From the NCBI RefSeq assembly GCF_009914755.1, contig NC_060931.1: a stretch of DNA of 64,000 nt. One strand, 5' to 3'. This document shows, in pieces, positions 33,949 to 53,771 of the stretch. The position numbers were made by a program, and so were the translations under genes. Numbering within the stretch: position 1 is the stretch's first letter; each line of letters starts with the position of its first letter. The notes beneath the pieces are model-generated. The model saw nothing but the letters and a program-made list of their open reading frames with translations, did no database searches and was not told the DNA's origin. This DNA is from the human T2T-CHM13v2.0 reference genome, Homo sapiens.

Positions 33949-34458
33949 GTAGTTCAGCCAACCAACCAATCAATGTAATCCTTCAGTGTCTCCAGCACCA
34001 TCAACCTGCTGTGATTAAAGCTTCTGGTGTGAGTCTGCATGCTAGAGAAGGAAGCTTGGGTAAAGATATAGGTATACATAGTTATTTTTCTCTTTGACAG
34101 TACTATATAGCTGTAAGTATTAATAATGATTATATCCAACAGAGAAGGAAAGTTGAAAGTGGAAGCATAAGTTTGGAAACAATATAATTTTAAAAATTGA
34201 GATATAATGATATAATTTATATATTATAAAATCAGTCCTTTGAAATGTACAACTCAGTGGTTTTTTTGTATATTCACAAGTTTGTACAGCTATCTCTATG
34301 ATCTAATTTTGGAAAAAAATGTAGTCTTGATCTATGTGGTGTGATTAGAATGTGGCTTTTAGCCATTCTATTTCTAAAGTGCAATTTTGTCTTATAGTAT
34401 ATGAAATAGATCTAATTTTAAAAATCAGAAGGAAAAATGCAAACAAAAAAATCCCTCA

Positions 34459-38970
<4,512 letters not shown>

Positions 38971-39339
38971 AAAATGGCTGGCACTGCGATATTCGCTAAA
39001 AGTATATGAACTTACTAAACAACACCTGTGCCCCTCAAAAAACACTTAATTTTTTTTTCTGAGAAAAGAAATGTTATTTTACTTCCGTAAAAGGAAAACC
39101 AGCACCACTTGCCAGAAATAGTAGGTAAGAGCAAAAAGAAATATAATAGAAATTAATGCAATATTTAACTAAGGCAAACACATCTGTCCTCATCTATCAA
39201 ATCTCTCTTCTTATTTCCTCTTCTTTCCACCTCTGCTGCCCGACCGTGGTCTGTTATCTCTCCCTTAGAATATTGCAGACTCTCATTCTTGTCTCTCTGC
39301 TTCCACTTTTGCCTCCCAAGCGTCATGTCACCCAACTGA

Positions 39340-39680
39340 TTCAAGGATGAAGACCCAGCCCTTAACCTGGCCTTCCTGGCCCTTGCCATCTGTCCTCACA
39401 GCCTCTCCATCCATGCCTCCCACCATTCTCCTCCTCCTTCATGGCACTCCAGGCAAACCACCTGCTTTCATTTCCTAGATGAGTCACTCCTCTTCTAGCC
39501 TCTAAGCCTTTGCTCCTGCCATGTTTCCATCTCCCTAGAGCACTTCCAGCACCCCTTCACTAGGAAAAGCCTACTTATCCTCCAGATTTTGTCTCTATTG
39601 TCATCTCCGAAAGTCTTCCTTGACCTCTTACTTCCTGCTTTTCCCTCGTAAGTCAGATCTCACATTATAACATTTTAGTC
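39340..39680 (+). mobile_element. L2 fragment
   Basis: cccttaacctggccttcctggccctt ... gcctttgctcctgcc ... cctacttatcctcca. Confidence 0.7.
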
Positions 39681-39685
39681 TATAC

Positions 39686-40000
39686 TTTTTTATTTTGTGA
39701 TTATTTATTTATTTATTTTTGAGATGGAGTGTTGCACTGTCGCCTGGGCTGGAGTACAATGGCTGATCTCGGCTCACTGCAACCTCTGCCTCCCAGGTTC
39801 ACGTGATTCTCCTGCTTCAACGTCCTGAGTAGCTAGGATTACAGGTGCATACCACCACACCCAGCTAATTTTTTGTATTTTTAGTAGAGATGTGGTTTCA
39901 CTGTGGTGGCCAGACTGGTCTCGAACTTTTGACCTTGTGATCCCTCCTCCTTGCCCTCCCAAAGTGCTGGGATTACAGGTGTGAGCCACCACACCCGGAC
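39686..40000 (-). mobile_element. AluS (Sc/Sg-like)
   Basis: Full antisense Alu with gaccttgtgatcc. Confidence 0.95.
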
Positions 40001-40325
40001 TATTGTTCATTATTAATATCTGAAAGTTCTTACTTACACAGAAGCTGATATGATCACTGCATAGACTTGGAATCTTTTGTCTGCAGTTGCCTCAAGCTCA
40101 GACTTCAAGTACAAAGCATCTTCATTGAACGTATACCTAGGTCTGAAACTAGTTTTGACTCTAATTTACCACTACTCTGAACTAGGCATGAAACCTCATG
40201 AAATGAAAGGAAGTCCATTTTCCTATAATGTACTGATTTTCAAATTTGGCTGATTTTTAGAGTAATATGGAGGCCTTTTGAACATGCAAGTTCCTGGGCT
40301 TTAGGCTCATTCAACTACAACTTTT

Positions 40326-40622
<297 letters not shown>

Positions 40623-42065
40623 TTATAACTTTTGAGTGGGGATTGAGTGTTTTTTTAATTAGTTTTCCAGGTGATTCACATGCAGTGAGATTAGCACTAG
40701 ATGGCAGAGAGGCATTTGGGAACTAATACTTCAACACATTTAGCAAAATTCTTGTTGTAATTGTCTTCCCTCTGCTTTGGAAGTGGAGTGGAAGATGGCA
40801 ATGAAGTAGACTATTATTAGAGATTTCTCTGGCTTTTGTGGGAAGAAGATGACTTCTAAATTGAGTTTTTCTTGAAGAAACTGACTCCTAGTTATGTCTA
40901 CCATTTTTTTCTATCATTTTTTCCTTTTCACAGATCAAATATTCTATTCTGCTTCTGACTTCCCACACCCATGATTGCAGGAGCTTGATGTATAACGCTT
41001 AAAACATATACATTTGTGTCTGGCCCCTTATGGAATATTATAATGGGCTGTTGCAAGAAGGAAGGAAGTTGAGTAAAACAATGATTCTGCTCCAGCTCTG
41101 GCCCCTAAGAAGGGGGAGGGTGCAGACATCAGTCCCAATTATACCATTTAAGAGGCATGTAAAGGTTGAATCCAATCTGGATTAGGATTAATGTCAGAGA
41201 TTCCAGTTGACATGGGTGGGAAATGGCAGTAGAATTACTGGATGGAAGCCACAGAGAATAAAGTGGGCCTGTGGATTAGGAGTCCAAGCAAAGTTTATTC
41301 AGTTGCAATACATCCTAGGCTCCTGCTGATTGTGTGAGTGCTTTGATAGGTCATGGAAAGGAGGAAAGAAACTGCTAGCATCTAGCAGCATTTCAGGGCT
41401 CTGGCAAGATTAGTGAGGTTTATGGTCAGGCCCTAGTGCTCGTGGGGAATGGTAGTATGATACTGAAGAGATTTCCAGTTCGAGGACTCATGGTTCATGC
41501 AATACATGATATTGCAGCTACTTTGTATTAGAGAAAAATGAGACACTCTGGGTATGTTGGATCCTTGGTTTAGGGCAGTATGTAAATATCCAAGTTTACC
41601 CACTAGTGGGAATGTGTATTTTGATCTACTGCCAGGGTCAGTTCTCACTGGCAATCCATGACCGAAGCATAACTTTCTACTAAAGTTGTCTCATCACATC
41701 TGCGTCCCTTTCCTCTCAGCTTAATTAGTAAAGAACGCCTAGAAAAGATAGGCAAAAAAGAAGGAAGACAACAAAAATAAGTTTTGCAAGAGCCAGGGAA
41801 GGATCAGTTTTGAGGGAGAATGAGTCTTCAGGGGAGATCTGTAGGGCCCTGCACTGTAGCTGCTCCTCTCTACACATGTATTCTCTTAACTCTGCCGAAC
41901 CTGGATGATCAGGAGTGATTTCCCTCAAAAGGTGTAATTGCTGATCCCCCCATATGAAGTTGGTTGCTTTGTATGTAATTGAGGCTATGGAAGGAAAAAA
42001 CATACCTAGAGATCCTCACTTGCAGAGATTCTTTTCATGATGCTTAGGATGGATTTGGAGGGCAA

Positions 42066-42173
42066 AGGAGAGAGAGAGAGAAGAGAGAGAGAGATGGGGG
42101 AGAGAGAGAGAGGAGAGAGAGAGATGGGGGAGAGAGAGAGTGGGGGACAGAGAGAGAGATGGAGACAGAGAGA
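42066..42173. repeat. GA-rich polypurine repeat
   Basis: (GA)n with gatggggg interruptions. Confidence 0.9.
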
Positions 42174-42379
42174 CATTTAAATGTTAAATGTGGTATCTCT
42201 TGGTTTTAAGATTTGGGAGGATTTCCTTTTTCTTTTTTTTTGCTTTTCAGGGCTTTCTAAATATTTCTATAATTTTTACATATTACTTCTTAGTAAGAAA
42301 AAAGTATTTTTATAAAGTGCTGTAACTGCTATTTGCATTTGTGGGAAAATATAAGTGCTATTTGCTTTAAACTAATAAC

Positions 42380-42560
42380 AATAGGCTTAGTGTTCATTTA
42401 TTGAATACCTATGGTGTCTCAAGCCCTTCATCTTAGTTAACTCTCAGTACTGTTGTACAGGATATATAGTTGGAGGAACTAATGCTCAGAGATATTACAC
42501 GACCTGGCCAGACTCATGTAACTAATGGCCCAGAGCTAGATAGTCCCACTTCCAAAGACC
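42380..42560 (-). mobile_element. MIR SINE
   Basis: catttattgaatacctat ... gaggaactaatgctcagaga. Confidence 0.65.
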
Positions 42561-43446
42561 ATGAGTGTTTCTTTCATGCTAAATGTTTTTACTCATATGA
42601 ACATTAAGAAAAAAATGCCAGAAGGGAAGAGTCCATTTTGACCAGTTCTCATCTGTTTCTTACCCAATTTTCCCTCACTTTCTCTCTTTTTTCTTAGTTA
42701 CTTGAAAAGAGTTTTTTGCTGTATAAGTACCCAGATTGGTTGCTTTCAGTGACTACAAAAGTTAAATAGTGCACAGGATGAGCCAGAAACTAAAATAATA
42801 ATAAAAAAGCTTTGCATTTGTGTTTTGTTTGTTTGTTTGATTTGTCATTTTTATTTCTCCTATAGCTGGTGAACCCATGGTAATTGGTGGTGTCAGGTGA
42901 GGGAAGAGTTGAAAAGATTGACTGTGTAATAGAAAATTGGCTACTAACTATCAGGAATGCAGCTGTGGAGTCCGGTTAAGGCAACACATGCTTTTTTGTG
43001 CACTTCAGGTTCCTAAAAGCATTTTTAAATAACAGAGAAAACAAATTCATTACATCGTGGTTTTTCTACTGCTGCTAACTGAGCAAGATTTGGGAGCTTT
43101 CAAAAATATTATACATTGTTTAAAAATATTACAAAGAAATTTTAGCTTTGCACAAGAGATTCATTAAATTTAGCATTTTTAGAAGATATTTTCAGTCATT
43201 AAAGACTTTTGGTATTGTTTCCTTATTGTCTTGTCACTGTTCAATTAGAATTAACATCAATATTGTTCTGATCTTCGAAAAGATTACAGAAAAACTTTCA
43301 CTTCATTTCCTGATATAGGAAGAAGAGAATCTTCTGATTTTCTTCCATCTAATTTAAAAATCATGTTCACTGGAATTTCTTTCTAATCCTTTTAAGTAAA
43401 CAAAAAGTATAATTATTGCTTTGGATGTATGTATATACATCTCGAA

Positions 43447-43472
43447 CACACACACACACACACACACACACA
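43447..43472. repeat. (CA)n microsatellite
   Basis: About 12 CA units. Confidence 0.95.
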
Positions 43473-44788
43473 TCTGTATAAAAATAGTCTAGGTTGAGGA
43501 GGACAGTGTGTTTTTTAAACAAAATCAGGATTATGAAACACATACTGCAAATGAGAGCCAGGGTTGTCTGTGTGTTTTTGACATGGTTTTACTGGTTTGA
43601 GGTTTTTTTTTTAGGTTTGTTTTTGGATTATATTTTTTTGACGCTCTTCCTGTATTCTTCCAAGTCCAGTAATGGAATAAGAGTTGAAGAGCTGAAAGAT
43701 TCACATGGAGATGACCTCTGTGACTTCATCTGTCAGGTGTCTGTGTCTTTATTAGTCATCTGGAATTTTGAAGACTGATTGAGGCCATTACAAAATGTAC
43801 TGCAGATCTTAGACCCTACATCTTTAATTAATTAATGTTAGCAAAGCACTTTGCAATCGACGAATGAAACTAATTGTAAAAATGTACTGAATGGTTTGCT
43901 CTCTTTTATTTTTCTATTTCCACATCAAATACCTTAATTTGATTTTTAAAAATTGTGCTGTGGATACTCCTAAACACTTTTTTCTTTTGAGCTGTTTATG
44001 TTATTTACATAAAGTTGGCAGAGAAATATCTTCTGTAGTTTTGCCTTTGATTTTACTGGGAAATAGATACTCCTGTAGGCTATAGATTTATTTTTCAACT
44101 GAAAAACACCATCCCAATGTTGTGTTAATTATTAATAGGATTAATCTTTTATGTCAGTGGAAAAATGTCTAAAATTATGCAGGCAAGTAAATCATACATT
44201 TGTAGAAACTTTGAAAAGAGGAACATAAAGATCACAGAGAATGTTCTCTAACAGAATGGAATATTCCAGGATAATGCTTTCTAACAAGCAAAGGTAATTT
44301 TTATCTAAAACAAATATGACTGAGGAGCAGGTGCATTCTTGCTCAAATAACGGAAAAGATTCAATGCAAGTAACCACGCATTTTGTCCTCCAATAATTTA
44401 TAATTCAAATCCATATTGATTTGTCATGAAAAGGAAATTGTAAGACAAATATATACAGACAGAGGATTATTAGGTTGCAAGAGCCAACTCTAAGAATTAA
44501 GATTTGTGCTGTATGTAAAAATTATATCATATGGCTTAATTGTGTATCATAGTAGTAATTATTACTAAACAATTTTGGGGAATTCATAGGTGAAAATTGT
44601 TGCTAGTGAAGTCAGAAGAAGTAACACTATCGTACTACAAATTCCTAGAATATGTGATTTAAAGTTCAAGTTAGAAAGTTAAATTTCTCTTCTCCTTTTA
44701 CTTTGAAGAAGTTAAGTGATTCTAGAAATAATGCCTATTTAATTCTCTGGGTTTTCCACTTAGCTATAATAATTAATATATAGAATTC

Positions 44789-45072
44789 AGAATCTATAGA
44801 TTCTAGAAAATTTAGAATCTATAGATTCTAGAAAATTTAGAATCTATAGATTCTAGAAAATTTAGAATCTATAGATTCTAGAAAATTTAGAATCTATAGA
44901 TTCTAGAAAATTTAGAATCTATAGATTCTAGAAAATTTAGAATCTATGGATTCTAGAAAATTTAGAATCTATGGATTCTAGAAAATTTAGAATCTATGGA
45001 TTCTAGAAAATTTAGAATCTATGGATTCTAGAAAATTTAGAATCTATAGATTCTAGAAAATTTAGAATCTAT
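44789..45072. repeat. 25-bp palindromic minisatellite, 11 full copies plus a partial copy
   Basis: Unit agaatctatagattctagaaaattt. Copies 7-10 carry an A>G variant (ctatggatt). Confidence 0.97.
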
Positions 45073-45944
45073 GATTAATATATAGAATTTAGATCAATGA
45101 AAAGTATCCTAAAACTTTATAAATTTTATTTTTGAACAGCATTTTAAGATTTAGAAAAATGAATTCCAAATTAATAGTGCCCTCATAATTTGAGGGTACT
45201 CATTTGACATGTGAGTATTTTCAATCTGAGAGTATATACTCCTGAAGAAGGAATATAGTTCAAAGAAGTCCTCAAAATCAAATTAGGACAATGCTAAGTG
45301 TCTGTGGACTTCATTCTGTTCCCAAATGCATATTTTTGATTGTCCTTGATATTACTGGAAGTCACATGCAAGTTTATTTTGGTAAGAAACAACAAGATAA
45401 ACAGGTGACTTATGTATGATTGACTAATTATGTTTGTGCCAAATTTATTTTGGACTGTACTTTCAGGAGTTTTGACAAGATAACTGTTTTAATAAAAATG
45501 AGTCAATAACAGGAGTGATAGAAATCTGTAAGAATGTTTCAAATGCTTTATAGTAAAAAAGTGCAAGTTGAATTCATTATCATAAAGAGGTACATAATGC
45601 CTATATTAATTTTCTTTTGTCCCCAATTTACTTTGGCGTCAATTACTAGAACCCCTATCATGTCTGGTTAAGTGGAAAAATATTCTGGTTAATTTTTGTT
45701 GTTGTTGTTTTGTTTGGCTGTGAAACAAGACTTGAAGTTTTCAGTGAATCTACTGAGTTACATGGCACCTTACTTAGAGATGCACAATACTAACTGTATG
45801 AACCCATGAGGCAAAATATTAACAACATGTTTCAGGAACTTTGCTGGGCACATGCATATATAGGGTTGAAAAAGGAGGAATATTAATGTAGCCTTGAGCA
45901 ATAGCTATTTCTGGAATGAAGATGAAAAAAATCCACAATTACAG

Positions 45945-46140
45945 TTTGAGTTAATATTTGTATGTTGCTTTTTGCACGTGCTTTCTGTTTTGATCTTCAA
46001 AATGACCCTGTGAGGTGGTAGGTGGTGTCATCCTCATTTTACAGATGAGGAAGCTAAGGTTCAGAAATATTAATTCCCTTAAGTCACAAGTAAATAAGTG
46101 GATTTAACCTGAGCGTTCAAGCTCCACTTTCCATGTTTTC
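45945..46140 (-). mobile_element. MIR SINE
   Basis: accctgtgaggtggtagg ... cattttacagatgaggaagctaaggttcaga. Confidence 0.85.
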
Positions 46141-47189
46141 CCTTTCCATCAAGTGGGGACACAGTCAAGATATTAATCCAAATAAAGGGTATCAGCACAA
46201 ATTTTCTGGGAGGAATTGTTCTTGCAAGACAGAGGAAAGGTAAAATCTAGACATATATGGAACTAGGGTTGTCTCAAATTGAACGGTTCATGGACTGAAT
46301 TCATCCTGAATATGAGTTAGGTATAACTAGCTCTGCATTTTCCAAAGGGTGTGAATTTGACTGCCTTAGGTCTAAAAAGGTTTTTCTTGATTTCTCAGTG
46401 TCTACCACTCTGCTTTTCTCAGCTGAGTCACTTATATCACCTTCTTGTATTCTGATGTTGTATGAACATGTAATCCTGGGCTGATTGAATCACACAAACA
46501 AGAACATGGTGAGACATATGTGGGCGTGAGTGCAGAGAGCAATTTTATCTGGCTTGAGCCTAGGTTTTCATGAAGGGGACTCTGGTGGAAAGTTGTTAGG
46601 GACCAGATTATGGATGCTATCTGGCCCTCTTTGTCCCCCAACTCCACTCCCTCTTCCACGAACTCTATGTTAGTTGGGTGGCCGACATACAAGTGAGTAG
46701 GAATAAAGATTGTCACGTGTGGGCTCAGTCTTCAGAAGGGAGGTCCTGAAACTTTGACCATAAATGATATAGGTCCAATTCTGTGGGAAACCATTAGTAC
46801 AGACAGCGTCACAAAGCTACGTGTTCTGAGCTGGGAGAAGGAATCACGGTGCAGTTGCGGGTAAGTGAGGAAATGTCCTGAGTGTTGCTGTGAATACTGG
46901 CTGATGTTAGTAGTACACTTTTGAGGGTCAGTGGGAGAATGGTGTTTTATCAGTAACACAATTTTAAGGGTGAGGCAAGTTTAGAAAGATGCAATCAAGT
47001 TTCTTTGTGTATGTAGAAGATTATTTTGTGAGCCATCTAATTAAGGCAAGTCCCTTTGATTGGAAACTTTGAGTGGGAAGACTTGTCTGAGTCCAGTGGA
47101 CCTTTGAGTCTTTGGATGATTTGGAGGAGAAATAAGGTTATAAAAAAATTATCATATCAAGATTTGAAATTAGGAGTTTCTCTCCTACT

Positions 47190-47610
47190 CCCCATCTCAT
47201 GGCCTTGGCACATGCTTTATTTCCTTCATGGAATGTTCTTCCCCAACTGTCAGTGGAACTGATTCTTTCTTATCCTTTAGACTCTTTACCTATTAGCACA
47301 ACTATCCCTCATTTGAGAGATTGTCCCAGACAACCCTATCTAAAAAGAAGTTCCTTCTACCTTTATTCTGTTCTTTAGTCCTGTACTAATTTTCACCACA
47401 GTATTTCTCAATTTATAATTGTTTTGTCTTAAATAAATTATAGACATATAAATAGACATATAAATTATGTTTACAGTAACGTACCCTCATAATACTGTGC
47501 CCCATAGTACCCTCAGGGAATGTGCATTTCATAGGGCAGGGAGTTTGAATTCAGAGTCTAGTACCATGCCAGAATGGATGCTCTGTGTTTGTGAATGAAT
47601 GGAGGAATGG
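47190..47610 (+). mobile_element. L2 3' fragment
   Basis: ggccttggcacatgct ... catggaatgttcttcccc ... gtgaatgaatggaggaatgg. Confidence 0.7.
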
Positions 47611-48089
47611 TTAGAATATAGCTGAGAAGAAAAATACCATGGGTATTCATGAGAAAGTGTACCACAGATTCTCGTGTCAGATGGAGGATGTAGCATATGC
47701 TTTTCTAATGTGTGTTATAACAGAAATTCATACGTAATAGCAACAGGGGACCTTATATGTATAGATATCTCATGAAAATTTCATAATGCTAAATTAGAAC
47801 ATTGATTAATTCTTTTAAAAAGTTATAGGATTAGTATATTTTGGATGTAAAAGTCTAAATGACAGAAAAAGCTATGAAGGGAAGGTAAAATATGTCCTTT
47901 TTCAATTCCTTTCACTAATCACTATTAATACATTCTTACATGTCTTTTTGCAAATTTTATGTATGTATCTATGTATATAGCATTAATGTATTTATCTTTC
48001 TGTAGATAATTAGTTGCCTACTTATTATTTCAACCGTTGTGATCACAACATTAATATAGTTTTTCTATTTGCAATTTTTATCTAATGTA

Positions 48090-48400
<311 letters not shown>

Positions 48401-48712
48401 TAATATATCTTGAATGTCTTCTCGTGTCAACATATAAAGATATAATCACTCTTTTTTTTTTTTAACAGTTGCATACTACTCTATTGAAGTTTCCTTCTGT
48501 TACCATTTTCCTTCTGTATGAAAACTTCCATTCTTTTAGAACAGGTCTGCTGCTACAAATTCTTAGTTTTCATTCATCTGAAAATGTCATTATTTTATTT
48601 GCATTTCTGAAGGGTATTTTCACTGCATGTAGAACTCCAGTTTATATATTTTTTCCCCCAGCGTGTTAAAAATTTTGTGCCAATTTCTAATGGTCTTCAT
48701 GGTTTTTGGTAG

Positions 48713-49307
<595 letters not shown>

Positions 49308-50242
49308 CTTCAGCCATTATTCTTTAGAAAGTGATGTTCCCCACCCTGTGTGCAAGTATGCAGTTATTTTTAAAATGAGATTGGAGGACAAAAGAGTTAC
49401 AAACGGAAATACATTTTGGTTGTCTTTTATATTTACCTATGTAGTTATCCTACAAGTATTCTTTATTTATGTGGATTTTAGTTACTATATAGTGTCCTTT
49501 CATTTCAGTTTTAGGGATTCTGTTTAGTGTTACTTGTAGCGCAGGTTTGCTTGCAATTAATTATTTTATAATTTTAATTTGTCCTTTATATATGAAGAAT
49601 AGTTTTGTCAATGTAGAATTCTTGGTATATGTTTTTGTTTGTGTTTTCTGTTTCAGCACTTTAGATATAATATGCCATTCTACTGTCTTCTGGCCTCCAT
49701 GGTTTCTAATCAGAAATCATTGGTTAACCTTATTGATGGTCTGTTGTATGTAATGAATTGCTTCTCTCCTGCTGCTTTCAGGATTCTCTCTTTGCCTTTG
49801 GCTTTTGATTGTTTGGTTTAGGTGTTTGTGTAGTATGGAACCACCTTGGAGTTAATTGAGCTTCTTTGATGTGTAGGATATTTTTTTTTCCAAAAAAATG
49901 GTACATTTGGCTGTTACCTTAAATATTCTTTTAGGCCCCACTTCTCAATCCCCTGTCCTCCTCTTCTCCTCCTTCTCTCTTCTCCTCTTTTTTTTGGGAC
50001 TCCTGTTGTGCACCTGTTAGTATTCTTGATTACGTTCCACAGCTCTCTGAGGATCTGTCAGTTTTTCTTCATCCTTTTTTCTTTCTACTGTTCAGACTGG
50101 ATAGTCCCAGTTGACCTACCTTCAAAGTTACTGATTCTTCTGCCACTGCAAATCTGCTATTGAGTCCTGGTGATTTTAACATTTCTGTTATTGTACTTTT
50201 CAACTCCAGATACTCTGTTCAGTGAGGCACCTTTCTCATACC

Positions 50243-50536
<294 letters not shown>

Positions 50537-50619
50537 TTTCTCATACTTTCTTTAGTTCTTTAGGACATGCTTTTCTTTAATTCTCCGAACATATTTTACA
50601 CAGCTGATTGAAACGCTTT

Positions 50620-51089
50620 TGTATTGAGCTGAAAGGTGGCCCCTGAGATATGTCCATGTCCTTATCATTGGAGCCTGGCTTATATGAGAAAAGTGTGACT
50701 ATTATCACATATGTTAAGATGTGATTAAGTTAAGGATCTTGAGGGGTGGAAGTTATCCTGGATTATCTTGGCGGGCCCTGAATGTAATTACATACATCCT
50801 TATCAGAGAGAGGCAGAAGATGTCTTGAGACACACAGGTAAGGAGAAGGCATTGTGCAGAAAGATTGGAGTAATGAAGCCTCAAAGCAAGGAATGCTGGC
50901 AGCTACCAGAAGGTAGAAAGAGCAAGGAACTGAATCTGTCCTATAGCTTTTAGAGGGATACACAGTGCTGCCCACACCTTGAGTTTAAACTTCTGGTCTC
51001 CAAAACTACCAGAGAATAAATTCCTATTGTTGTAAGCCACCTAGTTAGTCTGTGATAATTTGTTATGGCAACCTTACAAAACTAATGCA
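50620..51089 (+). mobile_element. MLT1C/D MaLR solo LTR
   Basis: gatgtgattaagttaaggatcttgag, gcaaggaatgctggcagctaccagaag, AATAAA and an aaactaatgca end. Confidence 0.88.
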
Positions 51090-53768
51090 GTCTAGTCTAG
51101 TCTTTGTCTAGTAAGTCTAACATCTGGCACTCCTCAAGGACAATTTCTATTGACTACTTCTTATTTTTTTGAGGCCTATAAGTTTTTAATATTCCCACAT
51201 GCCTTGTATTTTTGTTGTTGCTGAATATTAAACATTTTAAATAAAATTAATGACAATTCTGGAAATTATATGCTGGCTCTTTTTTTAGGATTTGTTGTTG
51301 TTTTCCTGGTCAGTTTTCTGAACTAAATCTGTAAAGTTTATATTCTTTGTTGTATGTGACCACTGAGTGTCTTCTCAATTAGCTTGGTAGTCAGCTAATA
51401 ATTTGACAGAGATTTCCTGTCTTCAAGTATTTGCTGAAGGGCTCTGTCTGTGCTGAGGCTTGCCTTCCATGCTCAGCCAGTCCATTGACTCTTCTGCCTT
51501 AGTCTTTACCTCTTTATTGCACAGAGCCTCAAGGTTAGTAAGAAGTGAAATTGTAGGCCCTTCTCAAGTTATTCCTGAGCTGTGCACAGCCCTGGGCATG
51601 CAAACGTTTCATGTGTTCATGGGTCTCATAGGTTAACAGGAATATGGTGGTAGCTTCTCAAAGCTCCTTATGAATGTTCATTCCTCAGATCTCCCTTGAT
51701 AAGTTTTTTTGCTTAGTCTATTGTTTACCCCAACTATTATCCACTGTTTCAGGCAGCTGAGATGTTAGACAATTGGCAAATGCCCACAAAGAGATGGTTG
51801 TTAACAGTGGGAGAACCCTGAGGCAGGTCAAATAAAGGAAAGCCTTGAAAATGAGGTATTTTCCATAGGTCAAATAATGACAATTCTGTGCTAATGGGGA
51901 TTCCAAGGAGTTCCAACCCAGTTCAGTGTCTTCTAGTGGCTGGTAGTCTGCTGGTTTTCACTGTGATTGCAACTTACTGTTTTTCAAGGCTAGTGCATAG
52001 CTGGGGATGCAGAGATGGGAATAGGGCAAGTTAAAATGCCATAAACTCAACTGTTTTTACCATGATTCAACTGTTTTTTAAACACATGCTCCCTGGATTG
52101 CTACAAGCCATTACTCAATTTCCATAGTTCTGAAAAAGTTGTTATTGACTATTTTTGCCAATCTTGTCATTGTTTTGTGGAGGAGAGGATTTTCGGAGGT
52201 CTTTACCCTGCCATTCGTGCTGATGTCACTCCGGCATATGGCTTTTGAACTCTGTGCAGCTTGCCTCCTCCGAGTTGCTGTTTACTGTATTTATGGCTTA
52301 TTCTGCTTTGAAGAAGACTTCTTTGACTTTTCTTTTGGGTTGCATCGCATCCCCTAGATTCTACTTCCATCCGAATTGGGGGATTTCACTGAGAATTATC
52401 AGAATTTTCTGGATTCAGTTTCTTCCGTCTCTATAATGCGTGTTGATAGTCATGAAAGGAACTGAAAGTTGATGTCGGAAATATTTACTCTCTTGTCTCT
52501 GAATGGCATTTTGTCAAAATTTGTGGTATAGTTTGCTTACTTTCTTAATTTGATTGCTGCCTGTATATTTTCCTTTCTGTATTTATTTTGTTAGGTTTTG
52601 GGGGTTAGAGCTTGCATAATTACCTATTTCCTGTTTACTGTCTTTTTTTGAAATCATACAGGATTATTCACTGTGAAATCAAATGAAAACTTTGATTTAA
52701 AAAATGAAATGCGTAGCTTTTTCTTTCTGGCTATAATTAGTAAGGCTAGTTTCTGTCTGTGACCATACCTAGTTTGTAATACTGAAATAATACCATCATT
52801 TGTCATATTATTAATATCTATTCTCAGTAGGTGGAGGGCAGTAGAATGTGTTGAGAAGAATAAGAGGGTCCATTTTGTTTTATCTCTTTAGATTCCTCAG
52901 TAGTGATTTGATTCTTTAAGACTCAAGTTGATTCTCATAGTAGTGTTATGGTATAGATAAGTATTCCCCTGAATATGGCTGGCTATATAATATATAAGTA
53001 ATAGAAAAATTAGTAGTAGTAGTAATAGCAGTAGTGATAAGAGTAGTAGCAATAATAAATTTTTAATAATAAGAAAATTGTATTTTTAGCTCACTTTTAC
53101 AGGAATATTATAAGACATTGGTATTTTTTAGATTTTCTTTGCCCATGTCTCACAGTACGTTGTTCTTTTGTTCACATGGATAAAGTATTATTATGAAACT
53201 TTTATAATTTTATGTTCTTTAAAACTCCAATCTTAAAACTGTCTTCAGAGCATTACTGTTTCTGTTTTCGTAACAACAACAAAAAAAAACCCTAAATCTG
53301 TTGACTCGTGGTTCCGAAAAAACTATAAAATTCAGTAACTTCCTAATTGTAGTGAAAAGAGTTTTTCCTTGTCTCAGGAGACAACCTAGATTCAATCATG
53401 TTGTGGTAGTGTGGATGTAATGAAACTTACTACATTACTAAGGAATATGTTGGCAGTTCATATCATATCATTTCCTAACTCCTCCTTATCTCATTGTACC
53501 AGAATCCTAGGCATTAAAAAAATCACAAACACACATCTACAAACCCCATGAAACCAAATAACTATATGCCATTTGGAAAAGTGTTAGTTTGGGATACATG
53601 AGCAAGTGATTAGTATTTTTTTATGTTAATCATTTTCGGTTTATTTCATATATGTGTTTTCTGCTGGACAATTATTTCAGGTGGAGTTGATAAATTTCAC
53701 TTCATTCAGTACACCATGCCAGTGCTGATGACACAGATCTGGAGTAAATGTGATTCCTACCATCAAGG

Positions 53769-53771
<3 letters not shown>

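Noticed and set aside
41720-41780. Acceptor ccctttcctctcag followed by LISKERLEKIGKKEGRQQK*
   Set aside because: No convincing donor and no recognisable product. The acceptor at ~40933 fails for the same reasons.
43663-43734. 72-nt open exon candidate (SSNGIRVEELKDSHGDDLCDFICQ)
   Set aside because: The donor is weak (gtgtct), the sequence resembles a degenerate antisense MIR3 (agagctg..ga..tggagat.a.ct), and I recognise no protein.
44789-45072. CRISPR-like array of palindromic repeats
   Set aside because: Units are head-to-tail with no unique spacers, there are no cas genes, and the context is primate.
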